From Chlorokybus atmophyticus (taxonomy: Eukaryota > Plantae > Mesostigma and Chlorokybus algae), in the NCBI GenBank assembly GCA_009103225.1, contig RHPI01000797.1:619064-683063 (forward strand): DNA of 64,000 bases. Direction: 5' to 3'. The notes under the pieces are model-generated. The model did no database searches. It was not told where the DNA came from and worked only from the letters and a program-made list of their open reading frames with translations. Shown piece after piece: positions 13,510 to 26,266 of this stretch. Position 1 is the stretch's first letter. Each line of letters opens with the position of its first letter. The position numbers and the translations under genes are program-made.

Positions 13510-14650
13510 TCAGTCCTTGCGTACAGGCAGAATCTGTCGCTGCAGTTTCTTCACCACTGTCATGTACAGCAGCTTTGGTGGTGTACAGTACACATACGCG
13601 TCACTTCGTCCTAGCCTTTGCCGCAACTTCGCCAGCAGCTTCTTCATGGGGTAGCCATCGCTTTGCATGGCCGACAGCAGTTCCGCCGTAGCTGTCACGA
13701 AGTGGGCCTTGTACGTACACACGCGGACAAAGCGTGCGTACTGCGAGTCGATGACGCCTAGTTTTGTGGTGGACGGCGTGTTTGAGGTCGGCAGTGGTGC
13801 TCTGTGGCGTGGTATGGCGCTGTATGCTGGCGACTGCTGCTTGCTGAATATAGCTTGCCGCAGATTCCATCTTCCGTTTGAAACAGTGTCACACCCAAGA
13901 AGGGCAGCGTAGTACTTTGCGCAGTCTGTGTGAGGATGTCTTCAGGGTACACACCTGCTCCTGGCACATGCGCACCCGTGTACAGGTAGCTTTGAAAGTC
14001 TAGTACATCCACGACCAGCAAGTCATCAATGTAACGCAATACTCCACGTGCACATAGCATCAGCCGCTGCGTGTCGCCTTGCAGTCGTAGGCGTTGCACA
14101 AAATCCAGTTCGCACGTCAGCAGGTATCCATTTGCCAAATGCACCCCTGCCGAATTACCCATCGGAATGCCCACGCGCTGTTGGTATAACTGATCAGCGG
14201 CTGTTCTGGTGTACAGGTTGTCCAGCAGGTATTGCAGCATGTCGCATAATGACTGCGCAGTGAATGCCCGCCAGCTGCCTTCGTCATCAGTCTGACAGAG
14301 TGCGCCGCGGTCCAGCGGTGTAGCACGGAACCATCTTGTTGCACAGTCAGGTGCAAGTGTGTTGCGCTCGTGCGCGCGGCTTGTGGAAAGTGGCATCCAC
14401 CAAGCGCTTCATGCGCTGCAGCAAATCGCCGCGCTGAATCATTGTGTAGAGGGTGGTAAAGTCAAATGTGTGGAGGCACAAGTGCTGCCGCTTGGCAGTG
14501 GCTGTTCTCGTGGTTATATCTAATGACTGGAGGCAGGTCAGCGCCATGCAGTCATCAGTCTTACTCCAACTGTGCGTGAGAGTGGAGTGGGCATGGTCGG
14601 TTTTAAGGTTAGCCATTTCCCGTAGCTGCTTACCACGTGTATACATGGTG
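13510..14650 (-). mobile_element. 5'-truncated, frameshifted Penelope-like element reverse transcriptase
   Basis: Motif A TFDFTTLYTMI, motif B GIPMGNSAGVHLAN, motif C RYIDDLL, LPFLGV, and thumb GVIDSQYARFVRVC...DGYP, spread over several frames. Long insertion between A and B. No endonuclease seen. Confidence 0.85.
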
Positions 14651-15539
14651 CTGCATCACACATGCTGACATGTATGCGCAATTGGTTGCTGCATATGCTA
14701 CAGTCACATGAACACGCACAAAGCATTTACCATTATCATAATATTAACACCACCACCGCCAGGCTATGTGCTCTACCTACTCAGTCTAACTACCCTCTAC
14801 ATGCACAGCCCCAAACAAGCACATAGTCATTAGCATACCTGCCCACATGGGCCGTGTATGTATATATACGCTAGCATAAGTAGCTGCCTACCCAGCACAC
14901 AGTGGGCATGTTTCACATCCAACCATACACAAGCATCAACAAATATGTAATGCCAACACAAGTGCATCCACCGGGCTACCCAACTCTTACAATTGCACCT
15001 TGGATTTTGTACAATCCACTCACCCTTCTCTATCACTAACCCTAAAACTGTACTGCCCTGCCTGGTCTATGTGCGTGCCAGCATGCATTCATGCACAAAT
15101 GTACCTACGTATGCCACTTGGCTGTGTTGGTGCTTGTCGAATCCTTTGGTAGGAGCAAGATAGAGATGTATATCACTAGGTAGTACTTGTACATGACTCC
15201 ATGTGCAGCATGCTCAAGCACCTGCACTGCGCCAAGCTTCACCTGACCATGCTGTGGATGTTCGCATTGCACCATGGCCGGAGCAGAGTGATGTTTCACA
15301 ATTGCTTGAAGTGAGGTGTTGGTCGAGGAAGAATGCTACAACCTGCGCTTCCTCATGCACGTACACGTGTCTCCCAACTGAGGCCGGTGGCGCGTCCCTG
15401 TGACAGATGCCGTTGATTGACCCTGCAGCAGCCCAGAACTTGCAAAGCAATCCCAACCAAGGATACGGAATAACTAGTAGTAGTACCTTATAGAAGCTTT
15501 GAAGTGAAATAAATAGGTCAACCAGGTTGCCTGCAGTGT

Positions 15540-16390
15540 TCAAGGCTCCGTTACAGAGTTCAGCAACGTTGTGGACAGGTCCTTATACATCTCTACAACC
15601 TGCCAGCCACAAACAAACCCTGCTGTCATGGCTGTTCTGAAATATGAAATATGAAATAAACCGCGCATTTGCAAGAAAACTGACAAGCTTGACCGGCAGC
15701 CTGACATCTGTGCGTTCATGCAACGAATGTGGCTGACACATTCGCTGCTGGCTGTATGTCGCATACCTGCGCAATGTTGGAGTTGAGCTCCCTGATAAGG
15801 GGCACATTGCGAGCCAAGCCTTCCACATTCCGCTGGTCATGGTTCTTCTTTATCTCATTGATCAGCAACCGGTTGCGATCAAGCAACCCCTGCATTGATC
15901 AGAACTCAGCAGAGCGGATGTAGCAGTTTAACCCTTTCAGACACAGCACGGCGTGGCGAATACAACAACACAAGCCTGGCTATGTGTGCCCCGTTCTGCT
16001 ATGCCACTGCTATACAACACTACCGCCCAAAGTATGTAACCCACAATCACCAGCTTGCACCTGTGGTACTGGCACACACAGGAGCGCACAACTTGTTGCT
16101 CGCCAACTCATTGGAATGTTTGGGACAATGACAGAGCTTGTACTCAATTGTTGACTGATTGTGTTGTCATCCGGGCAACTTCTGCAAGCATGGTGTGTAT
16201 GTGTGTACAGAGAGAAAGAGGGAAAGGGGGAGGTGAGCTTGCTTACTTGCACGGAGTTGAAGTTCTCCATAGCGGGAAGGTTGTCGGCACTGAGGTTGTT
16301 GCCGGCGCCGGCCCCAGGTGCGCCGGCGGCGCCGCCTTGGCCTATGGGCCCGGCGAGCGGGGCGGCGCTCCCCGCCCTCGTCTCTGGCAT
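15540..16390 (-). CDS. ELF4-like: ELF4-like (DUF1313) protein
   Basis: Exons 16390-16247, 15889-15767, 15599-15540 (GT-AG, phase 0) give FNSVQGLLDRNRLLINEIKKNHDQRNVEGLARNVPLIRELNSNIAQVVEMYKDLS, matching the ELF4 consensus (VQxxLDRNRxLI...N..LI.ELN.NI..VV.MY.DL). Confidence 0.9.
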
Positions 16391-17167
16391 GGCGGCAGCC
16401 GCCTCTACCGCCAGCCTTGCTGACTACCTACCAGCCTGCCTCTCTGGGTCTCTTCACCAGCCAGGCCTCGGCCGGGTTCTAGGCTGAAGCCTCTAGCCCG
16501 GCCTCACAGGCCAGGCCCAGGCTGCCGGAGAGCGCCCCAGCCTGACCCTCAAGTGCTCATGGCGGCGGTCTCAATCCACCGCAAAGTCCCTCTGTAACGT
16601 GGCTTCACCAAAGCGTGCAATGTCGCACGACACCCCCACCGGCGACACCCGTGCCGCCGCCGCCGCCACCGCCGCCGCCGCCGTCGCCGTCGCCGCCCCC
16701 AACCCACCAGAGTGCCACGAGAGTGAATTGATGCATTGAGAGTGTAGCTGACATGTGTTGAGCTGTAAACCCCAGTCAATTCTGCTGGGTATCTTGGTCT
16801 GGGACCACCCTCAGCGAGGGGTCGGGACTGCTTTTTTTGTCCCTCTTTGAGCCTGAGGTGCCTTATAACAGTCATCCTGAGTAATGCCCAAACATGACCC
16901 CTGTCCTGACTGCGCTCGGGACTGGTCTTGCGCACTAAACACACGGTAGTTACGGCGGAAACTGCCGCGCCCAGTACCCAGATTTCAGTGTCGGGTCTGT
17001 CGTAGAAGTGTCTGATTATTTTTTGTTTTCCCACCATCAACGCGAATCTACCAGTTTGCACTAAATGCGACCAAAAGCAGGCTCGCGGGCGCGTTAGCGT
17101 TGTTGTGAGCGTTGTTGGGTACCGGCTGGCTAGCAACGCAGGGCGAAAAGAATTAGGGCTATGTGCG

Positions 17168-17176
17168 AAACCCTAA
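17168..17176 (+). promoter_or_regulatory. Telo-box (AAACCCTAA) about 80 bp upstream of the ATG at 17253
   Basis: Exact telo-box in a divergent intergenic region. Function inferred. Confidence 0.45.
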
Positions 17177-17252
17177 TCTGGCGGCGGCAGCAGCGGTGGC
17201 GGTGGGGTTGGTGACCGCCACAGGCGGTAGGAAAGATTCATTTCAGGCCACC

Positions 17253-19431
17253 ATGGCGGCGGCCGTGAGGGGGGCCGTGTTGTCTCCTGTGTGTAGGCCT
17301 GCTGCTCTTTCTCAGCGCCAGCGTCACAATGCGCGGTCGTCGCAGCCTGCGCCCAGGCCAGGTGGGTTGCCCTCAACAGCATGCAACGGAAGATGTCTCG
17401 TCTGTCGTCTCAGTGTACGCATACAAGTTACGATTTTCGAGTTAGAGTTTAAGTTTGAGTTTGCTCGGATGTCGCTGGCGTCAGGCACGCTTCCAGCCTG
17501 TGCCGCAAGCTGACATGACGCCCATGCCCAGCCACCATAGGCATGAGTTAATGCATGCTGGCTCACTAACCGCTCGTGCATATGAACCGGAAGTCGTTTT
17601 TGTGCAAGAATGCGGCCAATGCGGCTGTGTAGTTGATTAATCAGCTCATCCGTCTTCACGTTCACTAGATCTGACAGCGAGAGGCACTTGCTTGTTAGGC
17701 CAAGGCTTGTAGACCGAGCAGTGTTGCAAGTCATCGATTCCGTTGCATGCAACGCTACACAACTACACACGCTTTTGTAGCACAGCTGAGGGGTTGCTAT
17801 CGGGTGTCAGTGTCAGGCAGTCTAGTTAGTGCCGGCATGCACTGCTGCGCTTGCTTAACGTCCGTAGACTTGAACATTGCATTGATGGAGGTTCTGTCCG
17901 CCGCAGCTACAAGTTGCGCTGTGCACACACATAAGTCCGAGCAGGGAGCAGAACGCGATGTGAAAGCCCATCTTCTGCAAGCTGCTCAGCAATTGCCCCA
18001 AAGGTTGGCTCTTGGAGTCGTCGCTGCTGCAGCTGCCGCCGCTATGGCACTGCCTGCCTCTGCTGCCCAGGGTATGCAACACTTGAGTAGCAAGCGATCT
18101 TGCGTGCTAAGTTGAGTAGCTGGGGCTGCAGCTGACGATCTGCCCTTTATTTTCTTTGTGCAGGCCCTGCATTGCCGGAGGTATCTAGTTGTACATGCTG
18201 TGTGCGACACTCAACCATCATACAAAAGCATAGCCGCGCTGCTTGTGACACAGATGGCAGTGTTATGTGGCATACCGCAAGATGGCAGCGCCATATGGCA
18301 TTGCATGCATGTAATCCATGCTGTTGGTCCATTTGCAGTTGGCATTTTTTGGTTTTGGCGAGCGCTCCGTTGAGTCTCAGATTAGGACAGCGATGGATAA
18401 GTATGAGGTAGCCATTGCTCGCCATGACGCTGCTGCGCTGGAAGACTTCTTTGCCCCTGATGCACGCATCCTGGTTCCCGACACAGACCCGATTACTGGA
18501 CGATCAGGTAAATGCTTAACAAAAGTGATGGGACATCTAGCTGCAGTGTACTGTCAGTGCATGCACAAAGTACACGTGCAAATACAATACAAATAAAGTA
18601 TTACGTGAAGTGGTTGTGGTGTTTTCTGCCTTGTTGACGGTAAATATGTGCATGTGCATGTGCATGTGCATAGGCGTCAAGACAACAAACACCACCAACC
18701 AGTTCGTAGTAACTCTAGAAACGTTTTCTGAATGTTCTGCATGTTCGTCACCACCTTGTATTTCTGCAGCGGTCACATGGTCAGCTCACGAGTAGTAAAA
18801 TTTGATTTAAGCAACACGTTTATACTCGTTCAGCTGCCATGTGCTTGGTATACAGGTTGTGAGGTGGGTGCTCTAACAGTTGCTTGTGGGTTGCAGGCCT
18901 CAGGAAGTACTTGAACGATTTTATGTCGCTGAAGGTTGAGCAGGCCACCTATATTGATGAGGTGAGCACCTTTTAAGCATGCTTTAAGCAGGACCTTCCA
19001 CATTTGCCACATGTGTTTGCTGCCTTGTTGCTGTCGCCTGCATACTGTGCACCTACAGCTGGAGTCAGCCTGTAGTCGCACAGCCCATATATGTCGTTCT
19101 GCATGTTTACAAAGTGCGTTAACGGTTGCTGTTGCAGGTGCAATCGCTAGACAAGGACCAGACAAATGCTTTTGAGCGCAGTCATTATGTGTTGATAGAG
19201 CCTAGAACAGGACAGCCAGTGGAGTCTGGCAAGTAAGTACATGCTGGCAGTGGTTCAATGACCATGTTGGCATAGGTCGACTGCTGGTCTGTTGCTGCTG
19301 ACATGCGCTTTGCCTGCAGATACGTGAACTTGTGGAGAAAGGTCAATGACAAGTGGCAAATCTTCCTGCAAATGTTTGAGTTTGACACTCACCTGGACGA
19401 GGTGTATGACGAGCCAGCAGTGAAGTACTGA
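17253..19431 (+). CDS. NTF2/SnoaL-like (DUF4440-type) protein with a predicted plastid transit peptide and thylakoid-lumen signal
   Basis: Ala/Arg/Ser-rich N-terminus, hydrophobic stretch ending ALPASA. Spliced core IRTAMDKYEVAIARHDAAALEDFFAPDARILVPDTDPITGRSGLRKYL...FERSHYVL...GKYVNLWRKVNDKWQIFLQMF, typical of DUF4440/ketosteroid-isomerase-like folds. Confidence 0.7.
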
Positions 19432-20649
19432 TTGCGGTTGCAGCACTGTCAAAATGCAGATGTGGGCTAGCGTTGAGCAGTTGATTCAGACGCAACACTG
19501 TCCAGCCTGCAGAGACACAGTCTCTGCTCGGTTTGAGCCGAGAAACAGGACATTGCCCTGTTCTGAGTGTGCTTTGTAAAAACTTCGCTGACTGCCTCCT
19601 TGAATCTGTGTCAGCACATGTTGCCGCTTGGTTTCCTTGCCTGCTTGCATAATACTTGTGCAGGTTGGAGAAATGTTGCGCCGCGCTGAGTATGTGACGC
19701 TGTCGGTGTTGGTGGGGCAGGGCCCTGCAATGTTGAAGTGTGGTAGTCTACCCACTGCTAGCGCGGTTGCTTGCAATCTGGTGCAGTCATGCCAGCTTGG
19801 CACACAACCAGTGGGCTGCACATATTATGGCGCTCAACCTGTGGCGGCACCGGCTACAGCCTGCCCCTTGTCATGCAATCTCTATTACATCATGCAGCCC
19901 CTTGTATTGTGGTCATAGCTTCTTTTAGATAAACGCACTATCTCGTAAGACTCCGCAACAGGATCATGCACTTCATTTTGCATGGTCGTGCGCACTGACT
20001 GCGGTGCTGCGCTGAAGTACTCACTTAGCAAGACTGTACAGCTAGTCAGTGTTGTCGCCACTTAGGCAGTAGTCCATGCGCTAGTGTCACACCAGCTATT
20101 GTTGCCAACTTTGCAAGGGTAGGTACAGCAACAGTCATTGAAGTACATAATCGCAGATCGCAGCTGGAGCGGACAACTGACTAGAACGCGTGGTTCGTAC
20201 CCTCTGCACAAACAATGCGAAACGGCAATGTGCCCAAGGCCTCTGCTTGCGTGCAGTGCAAATAGTGAATGCGTGTTCATAGCAGATGTTCTCACTGCAG
20301 CACCAATGAGCCTGTACAGCACAAACTACGACAGCCATGGCCTGTGCTATTGTTGCTATGTGCTGTTTCAGGTGGATGGATTTGGTCACTCGTCTTCATC
20401 TTAGACAACATGTGTACTGGCTCATGTGCTGTCACTGTGTAGCTCAGCCCTATGCGCAGCAAACAGGATAGGCTTAAACAGAGTTCATAACGACTGAGCA
20501 ACACAGCCTGTCACTGTGTGTCAGGCAACACCACACACAGTACTGAACTGTGCGCGATGGCAAAAATTTGCCTTACAGCAGGGAAACTACGCGGTTGTTA
20601 TTCTACAAACCTGTACAGCAGTAGCAAAAACTTGACGCCCTGCAGGAGG

Positions 20650-22732
20650 CTACAGCCCGAATGAGTCTGCCATGCGCGCTTCCTCCTCAATCACCTCTGC
20701 GTCCTCATCGCTTATCACTAACATCTTGCGCAATTGCAGCAACACGCCAAAGTCTGAAGGAAAGCCATCTTGTGATGTTCGTAGCTTGATGCGGTAAAGC
20801 TCGTACAACTGTGCAGTAACAGCACGCATGAGCCGTGCAGTCAGAGTGGCAACGTCATGAACCAAGCAGCTCATAACTCAATGCATCACGCAACACATCC
20901 CACTACTGCAGCACAACAGCAGTAAGGGAGGAACGAACCATAAAATTTTTAAGGAGGGTGCAGATTACAACATCCGTCATATGAGCACTTACATCTTGTT
21001 GGTCATATATAGAGGACATGACAGGCGTCCGGCAGATAGAGTTCTGCTCAAGTGCGCGGTCAAGCTCCACAACGCAGCTGCGCGCCAACAGTGCCAATTG
21101 CTTTAACAATGAAACACGCAGTACATCTCCTTGAGCAGGAAACACGTGGGCAATTGCATGGCGAGTGAAAAGGCAGACAAGCATACCGCGCATCATTCCT
21201 CGCTCGTAAAAAGGCAAGCGCCCGGTCCATCATAGTCGACTGCCTGATTCGCGCGAGCGCTTGCTCGTAGCCTTCACTCGGCTGAGCCTCCTCAGCCGCT
21301 GGCAAGCCCAAACCAGCAGACCCGTAAATCTCAACCTATCATATTTACAAAACAGAATGAACTATACATCAGATACAATGCTCACACCGCAATGCAATTC
21401 TATGCATTGCAAGGCCATGCTATGCAATGTTGCATGCAGACAGCTAACCACGAGCGCTTTACATCGCAATCAGCAAGGAATGCATATTACATCATCATCA
21501 TCATCAGGCATGTGGCGAGTAGCGCGCCTGAGTACCTTAGCTTGCTGCAAAGCTACTTCCTGCACCGCATCTACTTTCCTGAAAACCCACCAAAGCCCCG
21601 AAGCAGCAACAGCAAGCAGTGCCGGGAGCGCCAACTTTGACAGCAACTGCTGCGCAACTCTGCACAAGACGCCAGGCATTGTCACTTGCAAGACGCTGCT
21701 TTTTTTGACAAAACTTGACTCTGGTCTGCTGCGCAACCACATGGTTGTTGGGGAGTAGAGAGATGTGAACTTTTTAAGTGCATCCAGGTATAACTGGTGC
21801 GCAACTCTGTTGGGGCAGGAAGATTTCTTAGCATGCATCCTGAAGAGGTCAGAACTGGTATAAAGTGAGCAGATGAACTGTGCATTGCAGTGCGTGTACA
21901 TGCCAGCTGATCTGCTGACCCCACATGGTCAGTGCCGCAATGACCGTGTATGACAACCGAATATGATTGTGCATGTGCGAATACAACATGTATACAAGCC
22001 CCCTCTGCGCCGCTGGCACTGACACTACTGAATCCTTGCGTACGAAAGGCCGCAGTGCTGATCTCTCTTTGGATTTCAAGGCCGCCTGGCTGAAGAGGCA
22101 ACTTGTTGTTTGCACATGCAAGCAACATGGCAATGTTGACATCTGCTGCCTTAACAACTTGAATCTGACCACCAAACTTGGGCTCAATTGCACAAACACG
22201 CATGCGAATGTGACCAAGAAACACACCACTCCAGCTTAACGTCTTGTGCTTAAGTTTTGTCATTACGCAATGAAGGTGCCAATTGACAAAAACATATGCC
22301 ACACCAATTGTACCCAAAGCATGGAGCAAAGCTGACACACGTAACCCAATGTGTTCCATAAGGCGTAAGCAACAATGTAAGTGCTATGCAAGGTGAAGCT
22401 AATACCCTGCAGTTTTACCAAGACCCTCACCGTCGGGGTGCTTGCAAGGGCTGTGCCGCAGCGACGCAGATCTGGTAAACCGGCGCCTGCCCGAGCTGGT
22501 GGAGGCTGGCAGGGCTGGCCTGGGTTGGGTCCAGCTGCACCTCCACCGTCGCCGCCACCTCCAGCCTGTGCGCGCCGGCCGCAGCAGCTGCGCGTCGCAG
22601 CGGAGAACGTAGCAGCCGATGAGGCGGTCGTCGCTGCAACTCTCTCCCAGGCTGAAACTCCTTCCCAAAAAGGCCACCAGCCAGCAGCAGTGGCGGCGGC
22701 AGCGCTGGCCTCTCCAGGCCGCACAAGGCCAT
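20650..22732 (-). CDS. Multi-exon hypothetical protein, probably plastid-targeted, with one hydrophobic segment
   Basis: Transit-like exon 1 (MALCGLERPALPPP...), TM-like LALPALLAVAASGLWWVF, and later exons (VVELDRALEQNSICRTP; LYELYRIKL...DFGVLLQLRKMLVISDEDAEVIE) with GT-AG borders. Family not recognised. Confidence 0.6.
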
Positions 22733-23470
22733 GATTCCGACCACCTACCCTACCCTACCCTAATCACCTCATCTGACCAAATGCAAGCGTTATCCCCTCC
22801 GCACATGTCTCTCCTCCATGCCTCCGACCACCACCACGACCACAGCCACGACCACCGCCACGGCCACAGCCCTGCCGCCGCCGCTTCAATGCAGTGGTGC
22901 TGCCGTTTGGGCACCGTTGTGACAGCAGTCAACGCAGTGGCGGTGGCAATGAGACGGATATCATGCTTCTGAATCTGTCGATATTCGCGCCGGCGCAGGG
23001 ATGTCGGACGGATGGTACAAACTTACCAAAGATGGGCAAAGATCCCTTCAGCTGATTGCGTCAATGAACTGATGTTGAGCTATGCGTCAATGAGATGAAG
23101 TACCTGAAGTAGGCATGTTGCTGCTTGCTTGCTCCAACCCTCGAGGTGGCTAACTACTCACATACTGATGGGCTGGCTGGCTTCGTGCATGCATGGATAC
23201 ATGCCGGAAGACATCTTTCTTTTGTTCCAACCAGCATTTGCCGACCTGCACAGTCAGCATGTACAAATGTCATTTAATAATTAGCAGGCGTCGCTGAGTT
23301 GGCACGAACACTCCCTTCACTTTATTATTGTGATAATTCAGAAATCAAAAGATGTTAGGTAACTAGTGGTGCGGGTGATTGGGCGCAAGGCGGGCGGTCG
23401 TCATTAGTGAGTTACAACACCGAAATTGTCAGTACAATCCGTCGGTGCAGGCGGAGGCCTGCCACACGCC

Positions 23471-23874
23471 ACGTCACTGCTACAACAGGCATCCAAGCAG
23501 CGACAGACGGGACGGCACATCATATAGCGTCACTTGATGGAATATCGTTTGATGTGCTAATATACCGGGTTATATGGCGCAATATGCTCAATAGCATGTG
23601 GATGGATATCACACATATGGTATCATGCGTGCAATGTGACCTGAACTCTGTTAACTCAGCGACATCAACGATCACACGCCATCTCACCGCCACAACAGGC
23701 ATACAAGGAGCGACGGACGGGACGTAGCGCGACATTGCAGCACAGCTTATGGCGTCACCTGATAAAATATTGTTTGATGTGCTAGCATATGGTATCATAT
23801 GGCGCAATATGTGCTCGAAAGCATATGAGTGGATATTACACATATGGTATCATGCGTGCAATGTGACCTGAACT
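23471..23874 (+). repeat. Two diverged direct repeats of about 180-195 bp (23471-23647, 23679-23874)
   Basis: Both end in cacatatggtatcatgcgtgcaatgtgacctgaact and share acaacaggcat...gacgggacg and atatggcgcaatatg. Confidence 0.8.
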
Positions 23875-23942
23875 GAAAATAAAATTGATCTCCGGTTTCG
23901 TCATATACACTAAGTTTATGTCACATTTTAACTAAACTCTTT

Positions 23943-24176
23943 TGTCGGGTCGAGGGGAGTCGAGGGTCACACTGTCTCGGGCCGCTGCAGGGAAAGTCAT
24001 GCTTGCTAGCCCTGCTCCGGCAACGTGTTATAACATGTAGCAAAAGTAAAGGATAACCCAACTTGTATGGCGAGGAGTGCTTGGTGGAGCTGCTCCGCTG
24101 TTGCTGAATCACACGGACATGTGGAGGCTGTGTCCTCCTTAGTGTACATGCTGTGCTGTAGGACACACAGTCAACA
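23943..24176 (-). mobile_element. Probable 3' LTR (234 bp, TG...CA) of the adjacent Ty3/Gypsy remnant
   Basis: On the minus strand a purine-rich tract (AGGGGGGTGGCT) after the integrase stop is followed by TGTTGA... ending ...CCCGACA. No partner LTR found in the window. Confidence 0.55.
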
Positions 24177-24225
24177 AGCCACCCCCCTGAACTTCTAGGG
24201 AGGTTCCAGCTCCAGAGCTCAGCTG

Positions 24226-25250
24226 TTAACGCAAGTGAGGAGGACCGTTGGTGCGGCAATCGTCGCACCAGTACTCCTCTATGGATATTGCGTCCAATGG
24301 GGGCTCCAGACAGTAGCAATGCATGCCCTTGTTGCAGCCATCGCAGAGCATCGTGAGTGCGTCGTCGTCGGCACTGCCGCAGCGTTCACAACATGTGCTG
24401 CTGGCGGGGTGAGGGTGCTATATGCGCGCGAAGCCCGCTATGTAAGGGAGGTGATATGGCGCGCAGTTCACCATGTTGTCTTTCAACCTCTTGCCATTCT
24501 GACCAAGGAGGTCCAGCACTCCAATGGGGTACACCTTAAGTACCTTGTAGACGGTGCGGCCCACGGAGGTGTCGAGCATGTCCTTCGTGGCCGCCATGCG
24601 ATAGGCAAAGTCCACTGCTTGAAACCACCGTTGACGACTCTTTGTAGAAGCCGCTCCGCACGCGCTCGTAGCGCAGGGTGTCGCGGTGATGTGCGATGCG
24701 TAGGTTGTTGAAGGCCATCGGGACGGTGTGCTCGAACAGCGTGGCGCGTGCGGTAATGTCGTGGTGCATCAAGTCGGGATCGTCGAGGTTGTTCACCATA
24801 CGGTTTACTTCCTGCTGTGCACGAAAGGGAAGCAATGGCGGACGCCCGAACAGCAGGTAGTATGGGTTGTGCTCGCGCAGAGCCGCCTGCTTTGACAATC
24901 GGTAACCAAGAGCTACTTACCGAAGGTGGTCAACTTGAGGGTGGTCACGCGAAGTACGGCGATGATCGATGTAGCATCTGTCCAGCAGGGTGTCGAACTC
25001 CCCTCTGAACTCGGTGCCCTGGTCGGTAATGACCTCAGCGCAGCTGCCGAACCGGCTGAGGACATGGGAGAGGAAGGCTTGAGTCACCCCCCTGCTGCTC
25101 TTGTCGGGTAATGGCACCAGCTCCACCCATTTAAAAAAGTGCTCGAGTATGCTGCGACCCGCCTTGTTGAAAGACTTGCCTGAAAATCAACGGGATCTAA
25201 GGAGAGGCTACCTCACACCGCAAGGGTGGACACAACGAGATGGAGCAGGT
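24226..25250 (-). pseudogene. Degenerate Ty3/Gypsy integrase with a C-terminal PHD finger
   Basis: EHFFKWVELVPLPDK...SRFGSCAEVITDQGTEFRGEF (rve core), PYYLLFGRPPLLP, then CCERCGSADDDALTMLCDGCNKGMHCYCLEPPLDAISIEEYWCDDC (C4HC3). Several stops and frameshifts. Confidence 0.85.
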
Positions 25251-25379
25251 TCAATCGGGGAACAGCAACTTCGCACTGCCTTGTTGCGACAAGCAATCAT
25301 GCTGCACCGACAAGAAAGCATCGGCCTGAGACGTCTGTTGGGGATGCGGGAAGGTGGTAATGCAGCTTGAGCAAGACTA

Positions 25380-26266
25380 GTGACTTGGCTAGTCACCAAT
25401 CACCCCGCAGTTCCCCTGTTCGCCTTTGGCACCAGAATGTTCTGGTTGGATGCCTTCCTGCGTTCGCTACGGCAAGCCTATGATGAGGTTGCCTCGACAG
25501 CCATTGACACCCTAAAAGGAGCACAAGAGGCCATATTGAGGTTGCCAAGGGTGGAAGCAGCGCGGCAACGTAGACGCATTGCAACTGCTTACGAGCAGCA
25601 TGTCCAACATCCAGAGATTTTGCTCACTGTGCGGGCGCAAGCAACAACGGTGTTGAAGGTGGGAGTGGTCAATGGCAGATGGGATGCCTACATGGCAGGG
25701 ATCATAAGGGTTCCCACCATCACCCACGACATAAGAGCGCGGCTCCGGCGCGCAGTGTATCTCCAGCCCATGCCTAAGATTCACCGCTGGAGTGACGTGG
25801 TCAACAACCCAACAGCCACATGGGAAGGTACACTGGTCAGGGAGGCAGCTCATGCAGTACGCTGGACCTATGTAGAAGAACAAGCTGCACGGGGAGGCGG
25901 GCCCACAAACACCCGGTCCTCCAGGGTTTCCCCAACAGCCCTTGGCTACGCCGCCAGGAATAATCCTGGTTACACAGAGACGCAATCCCCCTGCGCCACA
26001 ACCAGGGCAGCCATAGGCAGCACCGCCAGCACCCAGGCCACACCGTGTTTATCAACAACCAAGACAAGGACGGTTCGGGCCAGGCCGCGGTCAAGAAGGT
26101 GCTCAAGAACAAGCTGATCGAGAGGCGCTTGCCGCACTGCGCTCGACACCACCGGAGGAGACTGCAGCAGCAGACACCCCACGCACACGCTACCGACGAT
26201 TTACGAGCAGCACGTCCGGAAAAACGAAGGGACGTGGTTGAGCTGGAAGACTCCATCTCGTAATCG
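25380..26266 (+). other. Unassigned protein-like ORF (245 aa, with a likely frameshifted extension), head-to-head with the integrase remnant
   Basis: Helical-looking sequence with no recognised motif. Possibly a gag or accessory remnant. Confidence 0.3.

Noticed and set aside
16549-17136. 195-aa minus-strand ORF between ELF4-like and the DUF4440 gene
   Set aside because: Non-ATG start, a GCC-repeat-derived Arg run and no motif. More likely promoter/leader sequence. No tRNA or snRNA fold recognised here either.
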